Source of the DNA: Girardia tigrina
Taxonomy: Eukaryota
Direction: 5' to 3'
Assembly (NCBI GenBank): GCA_001938485.1
Contig: MQRK01221289.1
Coordinates: 1-64,000 of the forward strand
Length of the DNA stretch: 64,000 bases
The notes under the pieces are model-generated. The model worked only from the letters and a program-made list of their open reading frames with translations, was not told where the DNA came from and did not search any database. This document shows positions 52,901 to 62,363 of the stretch, piece after piece. The position numbers were made by a program, and so were the translations under genes. Within the stretch, counting starts at the first letter, position 1. Each line of letters opens with the position of its first letter.

Positions 52901-53336
52901 GTGTTACCTCATCGTTGATCGACCTCTTGGACGACAGCGCCCAGTCGTACAAGCCGATCGTCAACAGATAATCGATCGCTCTAAACGGATACTCGAAGTA
53001 TTCCATCAGAGTCATAAAATTGTATTCGGACAATTTCTTAAAACGCAAGAATGTCAGTTCTCTCATCTTTTCCAAACTCGAAACGTTATTATCGTGAGCG
53101 AATAACGGATCGGATTCAAACGATTTGTACAAAGCGTTCTGTGATCGATTATTATTATTATGTTGTCATTGGATGAAGAAATAAAAATCGATATTATTTC
53201 TTTTTACTTTAAATTTGATTCGATTTACGCCTTCTAAAAACATGATCATATTTTTCCAATTGAAAGACGAGTGCTTTCGATATTCATCTAATGGTCCGCA
53301 TTTGAAATTCGGTAAAAGATCGGAAGCGCTTTCCAT
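14652..53336 (-). CDS. ACOX3: Peroxisomal acyl-CoA oxidase 3 (pristanoyl-CoA oxidase-like), 13 exons, 696 aa
   Basis: All introns are GT-AG and phase-consistent; exon lengths sum to 2091 nt. Motifs [62 protein letters not shown]-terminal PTS1-like PKL. Confidence 0.95.
15010..18423 (-). mobile_element. pogo-superfamily DNA transposon (DD35D, Tc2/Passer-like)
   Basis: TA TSD. TIRs CCGTGTTTCCCCGAAAGTAAGACA and CCGTGTTTCCCAGATAGTAAGACA, with internal subterminal copies. Transposase 16693-15294 with CENP-B-like HTH and AMDET, WDAASTH, LQTLD (35 residues between second and third D); frameshifted N-terminus. Confidence 0.92.
16813..17937. mobile_element. Non-autonomous foldback/MITE inserted in the pogo element
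   Basis: About 70-80 bp GC-rich inverted ends (GTAACACCCCCAAACATCGCCC.../...GGGCGATGTTTGGGGGGGTTAC) around an A-rich/T-rich interior. Possible TSD GTTGTCC/GTTGACC. Confidence 0.75.
18730..19260 (+). mobile_element. Second PLE remnant (inverted pLTR piece plus GIY-YIG C-terminus)
   Basis: [48 protein letters not shown] is homologous to 316-500. 18730-18795 resembles the pLTR/hammerhead segment at 81-145. Confidence 0.75.
19797..21515 (+). mobile_element. 5'-truncated copy of the same RTE-like LINE family
   Basis: [26 protein letters not shown], the same three C2H2-like motifs and the same 3' terminus ...GGGAGGCCCA. Confidence 0.9.
21516..21944. mobile_element. MITE-like element with about 70-bp imperfect inverted ends
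   Basis: ACAAAATGCGCTAAAGGGGATTGCATG...TTCGTTAATG is mirrored by CATTAACGAA...ATGCAATCCCCTTTTAGCTCATTTGT. Confidence 0.6.
22278..23568 (+). mobile_element. Full-length defective mariner (irritans-like TIR)
   Basis: TA TSD; TIR CGTGGTGTGCCCAATAAGTACCCGGACTA; 1291 bp; TEDET and [13 protein letters not shown] motifs with stops and frameshifts. Confidence 0.92.
24462..24616 (-). CDS. ACOX3: ACOX3 exon 12
   Basis: GYIHGPQ...[26 protein letters not shown]. Confidence 0.92.
24665..24800 (-). CDS. ACOX3: ACOX3 exon 11
   Basis: RYIIQKF...[23 protein letters not shown]. Confidence 0.92.
25330..25680 (-). mobile_element. PIF/Harbinger (ISL2EU-like) transposase fragment
   Basis: [15 protein letters not shown]...[16 protein letters not shown], an HTH region typical of this group. 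Confidence 0.55.
25868..26352 (-). mobile_element. 5S rRNA-derived SINE (SINE3-like) with (AT)n tail
   Basis: Head 26347-26235 aligns by eye to 5S rRNA (CTGATCTCCGAAATTAAAC...TTAGTACTTAAATGGGTAACGATTGGGAATAC) and retains helix I. About 325-nt body with a 3' stem-loop, then (AT)n at 25868-25906. Confidence 0.75.
26950..27104 (-). CDS. ACOX3: ACOX3 exon 10
   Basis: [12 protein letters not shown]...[21 protein letters not shown]. Confidence 0.9.
28161..28400 (+). mobile_element. hAT (Charlie/Buster-like) terminus fragment
   Basis: CAGTGGTTCTCAATCTTTTTTGACTCGTGCCCCC terminal motif; partner end not found. Confidence 0.4.
29330..29895 (+). mobile_element. Gypsy-like pol 3' end relic
   Basis: Terminal [20 protein letters not shown] motif followed by a purine tract GTGGGGA; highly decayed. 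Confidence 0.35.
30090..30800 (-). mobile_element. Decayed DNA-transposase fragment (Sola-like)
   Basis: [20 protein letters not shown]...[11 protein letters not shown] and later KYQG...DYC resemble the PPLHIKLGLMKQFVKA and RYQG-DYC motifs. Confidence 0.5.
31600..31823 (-). CDS. ACOX3: ACOX3 exon 9
   Basis: [25 protein letters not shown]... Confidence 0.92.
31874..32136 (-). CDS. ACOX3: ACOX3 exon 8
   Basis: [13 protein letters not shown]...[12 protein letters not shown]. Confidence 0.94.
32174..32595 (+). mobile_element. Internally deleted mariner
   Basis: Degenerate TIRs (GGTGCGTTCAATAATTACCCGGCCTAA / TTAGGTCGGATACTTATTAAACTCACC) and SDYYLFRHL...WRKCVE. Confidence 0.65.
33106..33461. repeat. 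Dispersed repeat, copy A (partner at 60875-61418)
   Basis: About 110 bp identical to 60875-60985 before the gap, and a similar, diverged segment to 61299-61418 after it. Confidence 0.8.
33740..34190 (-). mobile_element. hAT (SPIN/GTF2IRD2-like) transposase C-terminal fragment
   Basis: QFEKRFQDF...[11 protein letters not shown]...FPHLK...[13 protein letters not shown]. Confidence 0.65.
34822..35007 (-). CDS. ACOX3: ACOX3 exon 7
   Basis: [17 protein letters not shown]...[21 protein letters not shown]. Confidence 0.93.
36981..37339 (+). mobile_element. Helentron-associated (HINE/DINE-like) non-autonomous element
   Basis: 13-bp inverted ends TACAAGCTTTTAT/ATAAAAGCTTGTA; internal GAAAGTTTCAT...AACGGGAAGT core and ACAGACAAACA motif. 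Confidence 0.5.
38228..38324 (-). CDS. ACOX3: ACOX3 exon 6
   Basis: [32 protein letters not shown]. Confidence 0.92.
38375..38607 (-). CDS. ACOX3: ACOX3 exon 5
   Basis: [25 protein letters not shown]...GLNGLDNG. Confidence 0.93.
38740..39490 (+). mobile_element. mariner transposase fragment
   Basis: [20 protein letters not shown] and frameshifted [10 protein letters not shown]. Confidence 0.85.
39490..42125. repeat. Unclassified repeat-rich element with about 180-bp direct repeats, palindromes and a terminal X-box array
   Basis: Direct repeats at about 39660-39820 and 39836-39980; CCTAGGCAG repeats at 40080-40110; CATGGTTACGGTAACCATG palindrome near 40302; GTTGCTATGGTAAC array at 41867-42097. 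Confidence 0.55.
42130..43519 (-). mobile_element. Degenerate MULE/Mutator transposase
   Basis: WRKY-like [12 protein letters not shown]...[27 protein letters not shown] and NNVLESNN motifs; truncated at about 42130. Confidence 0.85.
44454..44543 (-). CDS. ACOX3: ACOX3 exon 4
   Basis: [30 protein letters not shown]. Confidence 0.93.
44896..47240 (-). mobile_element. Old mariner relic split by a younger mariner
   Basis: FVTVDE...MLIVFLD (46800-46660) and [11 protein letters not shown] (45205-45175) flank the 45219-46625 element. TIR-like CGTGGTTGGAACATTAAGTATCCTGACTA at 44896. Confidence 0.55.
45219..46625 (-). mobile_element. mariner, mauritiana (Mos1-like) subfamily, with an assembly gap inside
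   Basis: TIR TAGGTGTACAAGTAT(C/G)AAATGCGGATT; TA flanks; LHDNASSH and [16 protein letters not shown]. Confidence 0.9.
50565..50996. repeat. Long near-perfect palindrome (about 205-bp arms, about 12-nt spacer)
   Basis: 50565-50773 is the reverse complement of 50786-50996 with scattered substitutions. Confidence 0.92.
51193..52370 (+). mobile_element. mariner, cecropia (Hsmar1-like) subfamily
   Basis: TA TSD; TIR TTAGGTTGGTCGAAAAATAATGGCGGTTTT; [46 protein letters not shown]; stops present. Confidence 0.92.
52398..52436 (+). ncRNA. Minimal type I hammerhead ribozyme motif (PLE pLTR type)
   Basis: CGC-CUGAUGAU-GACAGA-uau-UCCGUC-GAAA-UAUG-UU-GCG, followed by AATAAA at 52439. Confidence 0.7.
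52784..52858 (-). CDS. ACOX3: ACOX3 exon 3
   Basis: [25 protein letters not shown]; cag/gttcgg boundaries. Confidence 0.88.
52908..53138 (-). CDS. ACOX3: ACOX3 exon 2
   Basis: [15 protein letters not shown]...SINDE; cag/gtaaca boundaries. Confidence 0.92.
53208..53336 (-). CDS. ACOX3: ACOX3 exon 1
   Basis: [43 protein letters not shown], then donor gtaaaa. Confidence 0.9.
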
Positions 53337-54116
53337 GATTTTTCAAAGTATGTAGTAATTTAATTGAAATATAAATATTCCGGCATTCGATGGGCCTTGA
53401 ATTTCGATTTTGATTCGTTTAAACAACGAATGGCAATTTTTTCTTCTGGAAAAGTTAAAAATTATTTTAAAAATAGAAAATGTGAAAATTAGTAATTTAA
53501 CTAAGAATTCTGAATAATTATTTGTATAAAAATTTTTAAGTAAAATGAAATTTCATTGATCATGTCGGCAGAATGATATTCAAATTAATGGAAAATACGT
53601 ACCAGATCACATGGTGTTTTTTAAGCAAAACCTAATGGGTGACCCAAAGCAAGAAAACAAATGATTAGGTGGCCCATAGAAAATGACTGCGTATCCCAAG
53701 CACTGGTAGTCTAAACTGTCTAGAAAATAATTTAGGCGTAAGTTACTGATATGCCGTATTGAGATAGTAATGATCTACAAATACAAATATAAAATTATTT
53801 AACAAGAATACAATAATATATACATTTAATTCCAAATTTATCTCCGTAAAAAATAGAATATAATTAAAGAATATGAAGTGATAGAGAAAAAACATGACAG
53901 AAGGTATTGTTTGGGTTCCTGTAAATAAAGTGAATTCTTTACCTTATTTTCATTTTGAATTTTGTATTTTCTTGCTTTATTTTTATTTTGTATTTTGTTG
54001 TGATATTTTTGTTATTTTTATGAATGTTTATTTATTATTTATAATTTTATATAAAATAATTTAATTTTAATATGATATTATTTATCGATTCTAAAATTAT
54101 TATTATTATTATATTA

Positions 54117-54345
54117 CGTCTTCACGCATAGTGCGTTTTCATTTCGCGTGGCCGCACATACTTTATTTTGTTTAAATTTAAACCACGCACTCTTCTCACG
54201 TGTGCTTTTACTTTGTTTCGTCGTAAAAAATTTAAGCCACGCATCCTTCTCACGCGTGCTGCGTTCACAAAAATAGCCACGCGATTTTTGTATACGATTA
54301 TACGATTTTCTTTTGTTGCGCACAGCACGACTACGCAAACTACGG
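54117..54345. repeat. CpG-rich degenerate tandem repeat
   Basis: Recurring CCACGCA(C/T)..TTCTCACG(T/C)GTGCT units at about 54-bp spacing. Confidence 0.5.
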
Positions 54346-54919
54346 ATAATATAAAAACTATAACGAGAACTATACAAGACGTGTTAGTCTATATTTTCTT
54401 ATAGCACTGTTTTACTTGGCGAAAATTCCAACTTCAATCATTTGGCGATAGACCTTTGGATCTTGCTTTCGACTGTTCCGTGGCTAAAGATTTCCAATTT
54501 CAATCACTAGGTGATAGACCTTGGATCTTGATTTCGATTGTTGACCGTGTGGAGATATTTGATTGATACGTCGGAGATAGAAATTTCCTTTCTCATCTGT
54601 GAAGGTTATACTTAAATATTTAAAATATTTCCTTTCTTAAATTAATATATTTTAAACTTTATAAAATCTAGAATTGATAATATAATATATTAATAATTTT
54701 TATTTATACAATTCTGAAAAAATCCCTGGTAACTGGAGAACGGTATTTCCCAGTTCCATAATATTCTTACATTACTCACAGGGATATTATTATATTTTCT
54801 TTCTTAATTAAATTGTAAATTCTAAAAAAAATTTTATAAACATTTTAATAAATATTTTAAAAAGAAGTTTCGCGTTATTATTTCATTTATTCTATTGATT
54901 GATTTATAAATTCTAAATT

Positions 54920-55130
54920 ACATAAGTCGATTGTCAGGAGAATTATTTATTAACAAGTTATTTATTAACGACGTTTGGGAAATATCAAAGTGACCCTTGT
55001 ACGTAACAGTTTAAACTAATAAATAAAGATGGAAGAATTTTAGATCGAAACGTGGAAAAATTGAGAAAATTCTTAAAAAAGGGGGACATGAGGGGTTAGT
55101 TAAAATTTGCATTTCGCCAAAATAGTTAAT
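54920..55130 (+). mobile_element. Gypsy integrase 3' end with PPT
   Basis: KLINKDGRILDRNVEKLRKF followed by AAAAAAGGGGGA and TG. Confidence 0.45.
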
Positions 55131-55529
55131 TATTTTTTTAATTTGAAAATTAAAAAAAAATAAATTAAAAATTGAAAAGTAAAGAAAAATATCATAAAAA
55201 TTAAATACTTATTTAAATTATGCTTGCAGTCATAACAATTGATATATTTTAATAAAGATTGTGGTGTTAAATTATGAGTACTGAATTTGATGATAATCGA
55301 ATATGAATAGGTATACTGAAGCCTATGTAAGAAACCCATTAGCCAAAAATTTCGAAGATAAATTTCTAGGACCATACCCCATAAAGTATGTACAGAATAG
55401 CACACCAACACTTGACATAAAGCACAACAATAAAACAATCAATTCACGCCATGCCAAATTAAGGCAATAGCATTTTTTTTACACAAGCTCCGCTTTTATT
55501 GGGTGGGGGCTATTGTAATATATCAACTA

Positions 55530-56778
55530 AAGTTAATATATTATAGTGTGATCGCTTTTCGTTTGTGAATGCTCGACCATATGCGGTTTTTGAGTGCTTT
55601 GTATTTTGTGTGACATGTCTATGTTTGGTTTATGGCTTTTATTTGTGGTGATATTGGTATGAATTGTGTGTTATGGGCAATTGTAAACCCTTTGTTGGAG
55701 TTGAACAGGGTTATCAGTGCGATTTGGAGTGTACACGTCAATGCGTCACATTTTTTTGAAATAATTCAATGTAGAGAGATGTCAATCTTACAAGAATTAT
55801 ATTTACAGGTGGAAACAAAAGTAAATCGAAAAAGAAATCCACCAACTTATTGTCGTTTAAGAATGAATTTCTCTGATTTATTGATATCTTTCATTTGCAA
55901 TTTCAATTTACTCATTTCATTGTTCAACGAAGTATTTATACTGATTTGCTCATGTTATTATTTTGTTCTCGAATTCGAGCATTTTGTTTGATCTTCCAAA
56001 TCTTTGTTTTCTTTCTCAATTCGTTTCAATCTGTCGTTTTTTTTTGATTTTTAGTCTTGTTCATTTCATCATTAAATAACATTTTATTTAAAATATGTTT
56101 AGTTAATGTCAATTCAATTTCCTTTATTTTCTCCTTCAATTCTTTATTTATAAAATATAAAGTTAATTTAAAAAAATAAACGATGGAAAAAATCGTTAAA
56201 TTTAATAAATTATTATAATTGCAATTGGAGTTTGAGACCGGCATGCAGCTTCCTGAAACGAATGTGTTACGATGAAAAATGTAAAGATTTTGACGAAAAG
56301 TTTGGAAATAGACAAGCTCGTCTATTTCCGTTATTTTTAAATAACCCCACCTAACACGATTAAGAGAACCATGAAGCTCCCCACCATCGCGTCAGATGAG
56401 GGTGCAGTCCAAGTCTTTAACGAACTCTCAGTAGATCGAAACCCTTTCGTTGATTGTTCTCGTAAAGAACCCTAGATGGATTATTTAATTAAATAAAACA
56501 TAAAAAATTCATACAAAACTTACAATTTCGGAAAAAAATCAATTTAGTGATGGTCCGTTGACCCTCCACCTGTCCGTGACTGATCGGGTAGGAAGTGCTG
56601 TTGAAAGGATCTACAATAAAAAAACTAAAATAAAAAAGAGTAGGAAGGAATGAATACCATTACAAGCATACAGTCCCCCGTATAGATGCCGGTCCTACAA
56701 CAGAATTGTATTAAAAATAAATACAATAATAATAAGTTACTTACAGGTTGAGCGCATCCTTCGGTACGCGCAACAAAC
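55530..56778 (-). pseudogene. Spliced minus-strand unit encoding a hydrophobic N-terminus plus coiled-coil protein, with premature stops
   Basis: Candidate exons 56778-56745, 56694-56672, 56610-56524, 56471-56351 and 56252 onward, with GT-AG introns of 50, 61, 52 and 98 nt. ATG 56387 splices in frame into ORF 56244-56026. Confidence 0.45.
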
Positions 56779-58222
56779 CTGATGTTGGGGATGTGTTTTT
56801 GGTGTTTTTATTTTATGTTTNNNNNNNNNNNNNNNNNNNNNNNNNNNNNNNNNNNNNNNNNNNNNNNNNNNNNNNNNNNNNNNNNNNNNNNNNNNNNNNN
56901 NNNNNNNNNNNNNNNNNNNNNNNNNNNNNNNNNNNNNNNNNNNNNNNNNNNNNNNNNNNNNNNNNNNNNNNNNNNNNNNNNNNNNNNNNNNNNNNNNNNN
57001 NNNNNNNNNNNNNNNNNNNNNNNNNNNNNNNNNNNNNNNNNNNNNNNNNNNNNNNNNNNNNNNNNNNNNNNNNNNNNNNNNNNNNNNNNNNNNNNNNNNN
57101 NNNNNNNNNNNNNNNNNNNNNNNNNNNNNNNNNNNNNNNNNNNNNNNNNNNNNNNNNNNNNNNNNNNNNNNNNNNNNNNNNNNNNNNNNNNNNNNNNNNN
57201 NNNNNNNNNNNNNNNNNNNNNNNNNNNNNNNNNNNNNNNNNNNNNNNNNNNNNNNNNNNNNNNNNNNNNNNNNNNNNNNNNNNNNNNNNNNNNNNNNNNN
57301 NNNNNNNNNNNNNNNNNNNNNNNNNNNNNNNNNNNNNNNNNNNNNNNNNNNNNNNNNNNNNNNNNNNNNNNNNNNNNNNNNNNNNNNNNNNNNNNNNNNN
57401 NNNNNNNNNNNNNNNNNNNNNNNNNNNNNNNNNNNNNTTTGTGGTCTGCAGTCGATGCATTGTGACCACCTCCAAAATCCCACATTACACATTAGGGACA
57501 TTTGAATTACGTTGTAAAATCTTATTTGTAATTATTGTATATTTTAATAAATCTATTTGAAAAATATTTTCTTGTGTTGTCATTTAGTTATTAAATCNTA
57601 TAATCTAATTTAATCATTTTTAAATTTTAGTGGAAGGTTTAATTTATTATATCTTCCTTTTCTGATATATTTCTACGGAGGTTGAGAATATCGTCGACCC
57701 CCCTCGAGACGTATCACTGGTGACGCCGCGGGCTCGGGCCGCATGTGCGGTTAAAAAATATAAATACCCACACAAAACAACACGAAAACATTAATCCTGA
57801 AAGTAAACCACACATTTCTTTTGACAGTTTTGATATTAGAAGCTCACATAAAACATTTGAAAATTATTTTGTTTCTCACACGTTTATTGCTGCATACAAT
57901 ATTTATTAATCGATTCCAAGTCGAAATTAATTGACACCTAACAATCTATTTTGATCGGACCGGACCGTATATTTCATCGCAAGTACGGTTTTATTTTACG
58001 TTTTCTTTTGTTATTTGCCATTTTATTTTATATGATTATTTGTTATTTGGGATAGTTTTAATAAACATTATTCAATAATTGGTTTATTTCTCGGTTTAAA
58101 CTAGTAAATGCTATTTTAATAAATATCAATCAATAATTAGTTTCGTAGTTCGACTTATTTTATTATTCAATAGCTTATTGGGGAAACGACTCATGATTTC
58201 ATATCCTGATCTATTGATAGTT

Positions 58223-58400
58223 AAGGGGAAATGTAGCCGAGGTTGGGTGCGCCGCGATAGATTTAATTTACCCGATTCGTCTCAACGTCCCCGGGACATG
58301 CACCATTTCATTTGACCCCGATGCATAGTTCGGGCTCCGCTTTCCGTTGTGTAAATAGACCGGAGATAGATGGTAGCAGATATGTTTTGAGATTATTTTG
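58223..58400 (+). mobile_element. Putative PPT and LTR start
   Basis: AAGGGGAAA followed by TGTAGCCG and a GC-rich block. Confidence 0.3.
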
Positions 58401-59636
58401 TATTATAGAGTTTAACACCTTAATATAATCGAAATTGTGATATTAATAGTAAAACCTTTATTTAGTGTTGAATTGAAATTTCAATTTCATCATTTATTTT
58501 AGTTTTCATCAACCAATTTAGTAATTGTTTTCCCAATCAATTTTTGTTAATAAATTTGGTAATTATTTTATGAATATAATAATTTCGTAGACTGACTTAA
58601 CTATTTATTTTATTAATCAATTATCGGTCAAAATTTATGTAAATTAATTCCGGAATCTGATTTAGTCTTATTGAATTTTCGTATTTCCTAAATTAATAGA
58701 TTTATTGGAAGTCCGGGAGACCATAAGTTTGTTATAGTGTTGCGGAGTGAGGACTGTAGCCCTTATTTGTATATGGTGTAGTTTAGGGGAGGAGTTTAAC
58801 AAAGGAGTTTTGGTAAGGGGAATTATTTGATAAATCGGTTGTAAATAAATAGTGCTGTTTTGGTTGGGGTTAACCAAACAAAAAATCGCTATAAATATTT
58901 TAATAGAATATTTTAATTCAGTTATTAATTTACTGATCGTGGAAAGACAATTCTTTAATGAACTAAACTCAATTAACAGTAAATCGAAGAATCCTCTCTC
59001 GAATATTGATCTGGTGATAAGGTAATCGAAAGTTAATGATTGTCCGAGCAATAAAAATAAATATCTTTTTTTTATAATGCAACCAGAGTTAAAAAATATA
59101 TTAATCGCCAATTAACTCTCAATGACAATAATAAATTAACCAGTAAAAGACAAATACATATCATGATCTCCAAAACCAATTAGTGCACACAATGTACGCA
59201 GTCCGAATGGTATCAATATTCAACAGTCACTGTTTAATAAAATCTTTACTTGGGAAGAATTTTGTAATAGATAATATTTTTGTTATGATTATATACACAG
59301 CCGGTAAACCGAAAGTTGCAACTCCAATGGCACGAATATTCGACAGTTAACGTCCAATACAATTATCAGTCAGATCAACTCCCGAAATAGACAATATTTT
59401 GGCTATAAATTGACACAAAACCGACAATAAAAATCCGATTTTTTTGATGATTATTTTAATTAGATATGTTTCAGGTACCGGAACCATAAAGCTGAATATA
59501 GCCTACAATCATCTTTCATTTCAGGCAATACCAAACCCAGAATATCGAACGGACGTTTGTTTTTATAGTAAGTGTCGCATGTATGATGATGGAGTAATGG
59601 AAGAGTAAGTTCAACCCAACACCCTCTCAACTCGAA

Positions 59637-60667
59637 ATGATGAACCAGATTCGTATATTCATTAATAGGGATGGCAAAAGAGTATTTTCCGTTACATTTA
59701 TGATAAATTTTATCACAATGATTCCGAAATCCACACGTCAAGAAGTGCATTACAACAGCTCACAATACGGTTGGATATTCGATATCAACTATCAAGATAA
59801 CTTGAGGAATATTGAAATCACTCGTACTAATTTAGTAACGGAAGAACAAATTGTTACGAAACATCCAGCTAGTTATCGCATAACCGAGGAGAATGCGATA
59901 TTCTCTAGATTAGTGATGATCGAAGCATCATTAAACATCTTTTCCTTTATTACACAATCAAATAAGTACTCATTTAAGATATGTGATAAAACGACATGTA
60001 AGATGATACCTTTTTTTATCAATTTGCACGCACAGAGATAGATCTCACTATTCCTTCTGAAATAAGAATCAAAGCCTATCAACAGAACCAATTGCAATCA
60101 CAATTTGTCATAAAGATTATCCAGATACATGAAAAGTACATTAAATCAATATGCAACGATCAAAAAATCTATACAAATTTAACATTTTACATAACACATG
60201 AGTGTAAGCCTTCATTATTATTTTCTGTTTTTAATTCCACTTCCGATGATAAATTTCAAGCCGACCCGACACAATATCACATTAGTTTTACATTTGTCCC
60301 TTACGCCTTGATAACTGATATAGGTATTAATCTTGATTATTCCTTTCATTTCTGTTTTGAGATATGTACACCACAATTCGATGAACAATTTAACACAATA
60401 CCCTTCAAGAACATAACTACATTATTGAACTTTCTAATTTATCAGTCGTCTGACTTAGTATTGTCGCTAAAATTGGTATGGACATACAACAAATCATCAT
60501 CTATACCAGGTAAAGATATGCATGTACAACAAATTGAGTATGCACCATGGAAGATATTCATTATTTCGAACGACATTTGTGATAAATTTGATGTATATCA
60601 ATATTCTATCCAGCATAAGAAATCATACAAAAACATGTATACACCTAAAACAACTCGAAAGGGCTAG
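59637..60667 (+). pseudogene. Interrupted ORF pair of unknown function
   Basis: 134-aa and 191-aa ORFs in tandem with coding-like composition; no motif recognised. Confidence 0.3.
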
Positions 60668-60874
60668 TATACAATAGAACGCCCAGTCAACAAGAAGAAT
60701 TACATAAATGGCCATTTATCATTTATGGTATAGGTATTTTCGGATTAATTTTCCTGTTAATATTCTCTTTAATTAAAATACGTAAAGAATATCAGAAAAA
60801 GATAATGACTTTAAACTTATATCATACATCCTTGGGGCAATACCTGCCAGGGGTGTACGTGAATGTAACACAGG

Positions 60875-61418
60875 TGTGAGGAATATTTTAAATTTGGTAT
60901 GTTGAAATTGGTTTGTTGAATTTTGTATGTTGAGTTTAGTATTTGGAAATGTGTTTCTCCCACCCAGATGGAAAATTGATATTTTAGATGTTCACGATAC
61001 ATAATTATTTGAGTATAATTTATATTTTAAAGTACAGCATAAGATATGTAAAAACATTAAAAATATTAAATCTTTTCAAATCTTCATATTAAAATTTAAA
61101 TAAAATAAATAGTTTTAACNNNNNNNNNNNNNNNNNNNNNNNNNNNNNNNNNNNNNNNNNNNNNNNNNNNNNNNNNNNNNNNNNNNNNNNNNNNNNNNNN
61201 NNNNNNNNNNNNNNNNNNNNNNNNNNNNNNTAAAAATAAAATCTGAAAATAATGAAAAATTTGTTCGAATAATTGTTTATTAACAAACATTAACAAAAAA
61301 TTATCAATTTAGAACGATGTCGAATAACGAGAGTTTTTCTGAGAATTGTTCAAAAGACAATTCTGACTGTATTGAAAATAAAAGTTTGAAAACCAATATT
61401 GGTGTTCTTAATAACAGG
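60875..61418. repeat. Dispersed repeat, copy B (partner at 33106-33461)
   Basis: See copy A. Confidence 0.8.
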
Positions 61419-62363
61419 TATAAAAATATTATTTCATAATAACGCAAGACAAAATAAAATATATATTAAAATGACATTTATTTATATTATAATTATTTTA
61501 TTTTTAAAGACAAATTTAAACCCTCTTATACCATTCCAGATGGCAAATCAACAACCCAATAAAACAATGTCTCAGTCCGAAGCGATGAGACATGTCAAGC
61601 CTACTCAGTCCGACGCGCTGAGGCCTCACCACCAAGAGCAAAGGGGAACTCACAGCTTACCATCTTTCAACGCCCTTCAAGATAGGTTATTAGAGGCTAA
61701 CCACCGTGAGAGTCACTTAGCTTTCCATGAACGCGATACTCGGACACAAAAGTATTGGCACGAAACTAAGCGAATACAAGCCTTATAGGATGATAAACAT
61801 GCCAGAATAGAACGAGTAAAGCATCAATATATGGCAACAGCAGTACCACTCCCCTCAGAATGGCACCCTTCTAAGCCTATTAACTTGGACGTTACCAAAA
61901 CTTTTTAATATAGTAGTCTCTCCGCATCATTACCCAAATGCATTCTACAAATTAATGCAGTATGACCTTAACGGTAACAAACCCGTAGTCATAAAACGAC
62001 TTAGCGACGCAACCTACTACCCAAATAAGCTTGTTTATAACAATTATAACAAGCGCATGACGATAGTTAAACGTAATATTTCGGGACGCATGAGAATATC
62101 TGACGTCATGGGGATATATAGGCATTCATGCCCAACCACGTTTAACCGTCCATTTTACTTAATCCAAGCTGCATACATTCACGCAGCATCTATGCCCCAA
62201 CTAATCTCAGATGGGAACGAAAATATAAGTCTCCCTGAAAAACGTTCAATTGAACTACAACTTTTTAATATGTCAGATATTGACGAAATAGAGCAACCAT
62301 ATCATCTTCAGATGATGTTGGTATCTTTGCTGTGGAATTTATATATGAAAATGATAGACCTAA

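Noticed and set aside
56337-56778. One continuous protein across all four micro-exons
   Set aside because: Exact phase counting gives a stop in each frame combination tried; only the last junction is in frame.
58371-58380. TGGTAGCAGA as a tRNA-iMet primer-binding site
   Set aside because: Only a 10-nt match, not preceded by an LTR-terminal CA, and no gag ORF follows.
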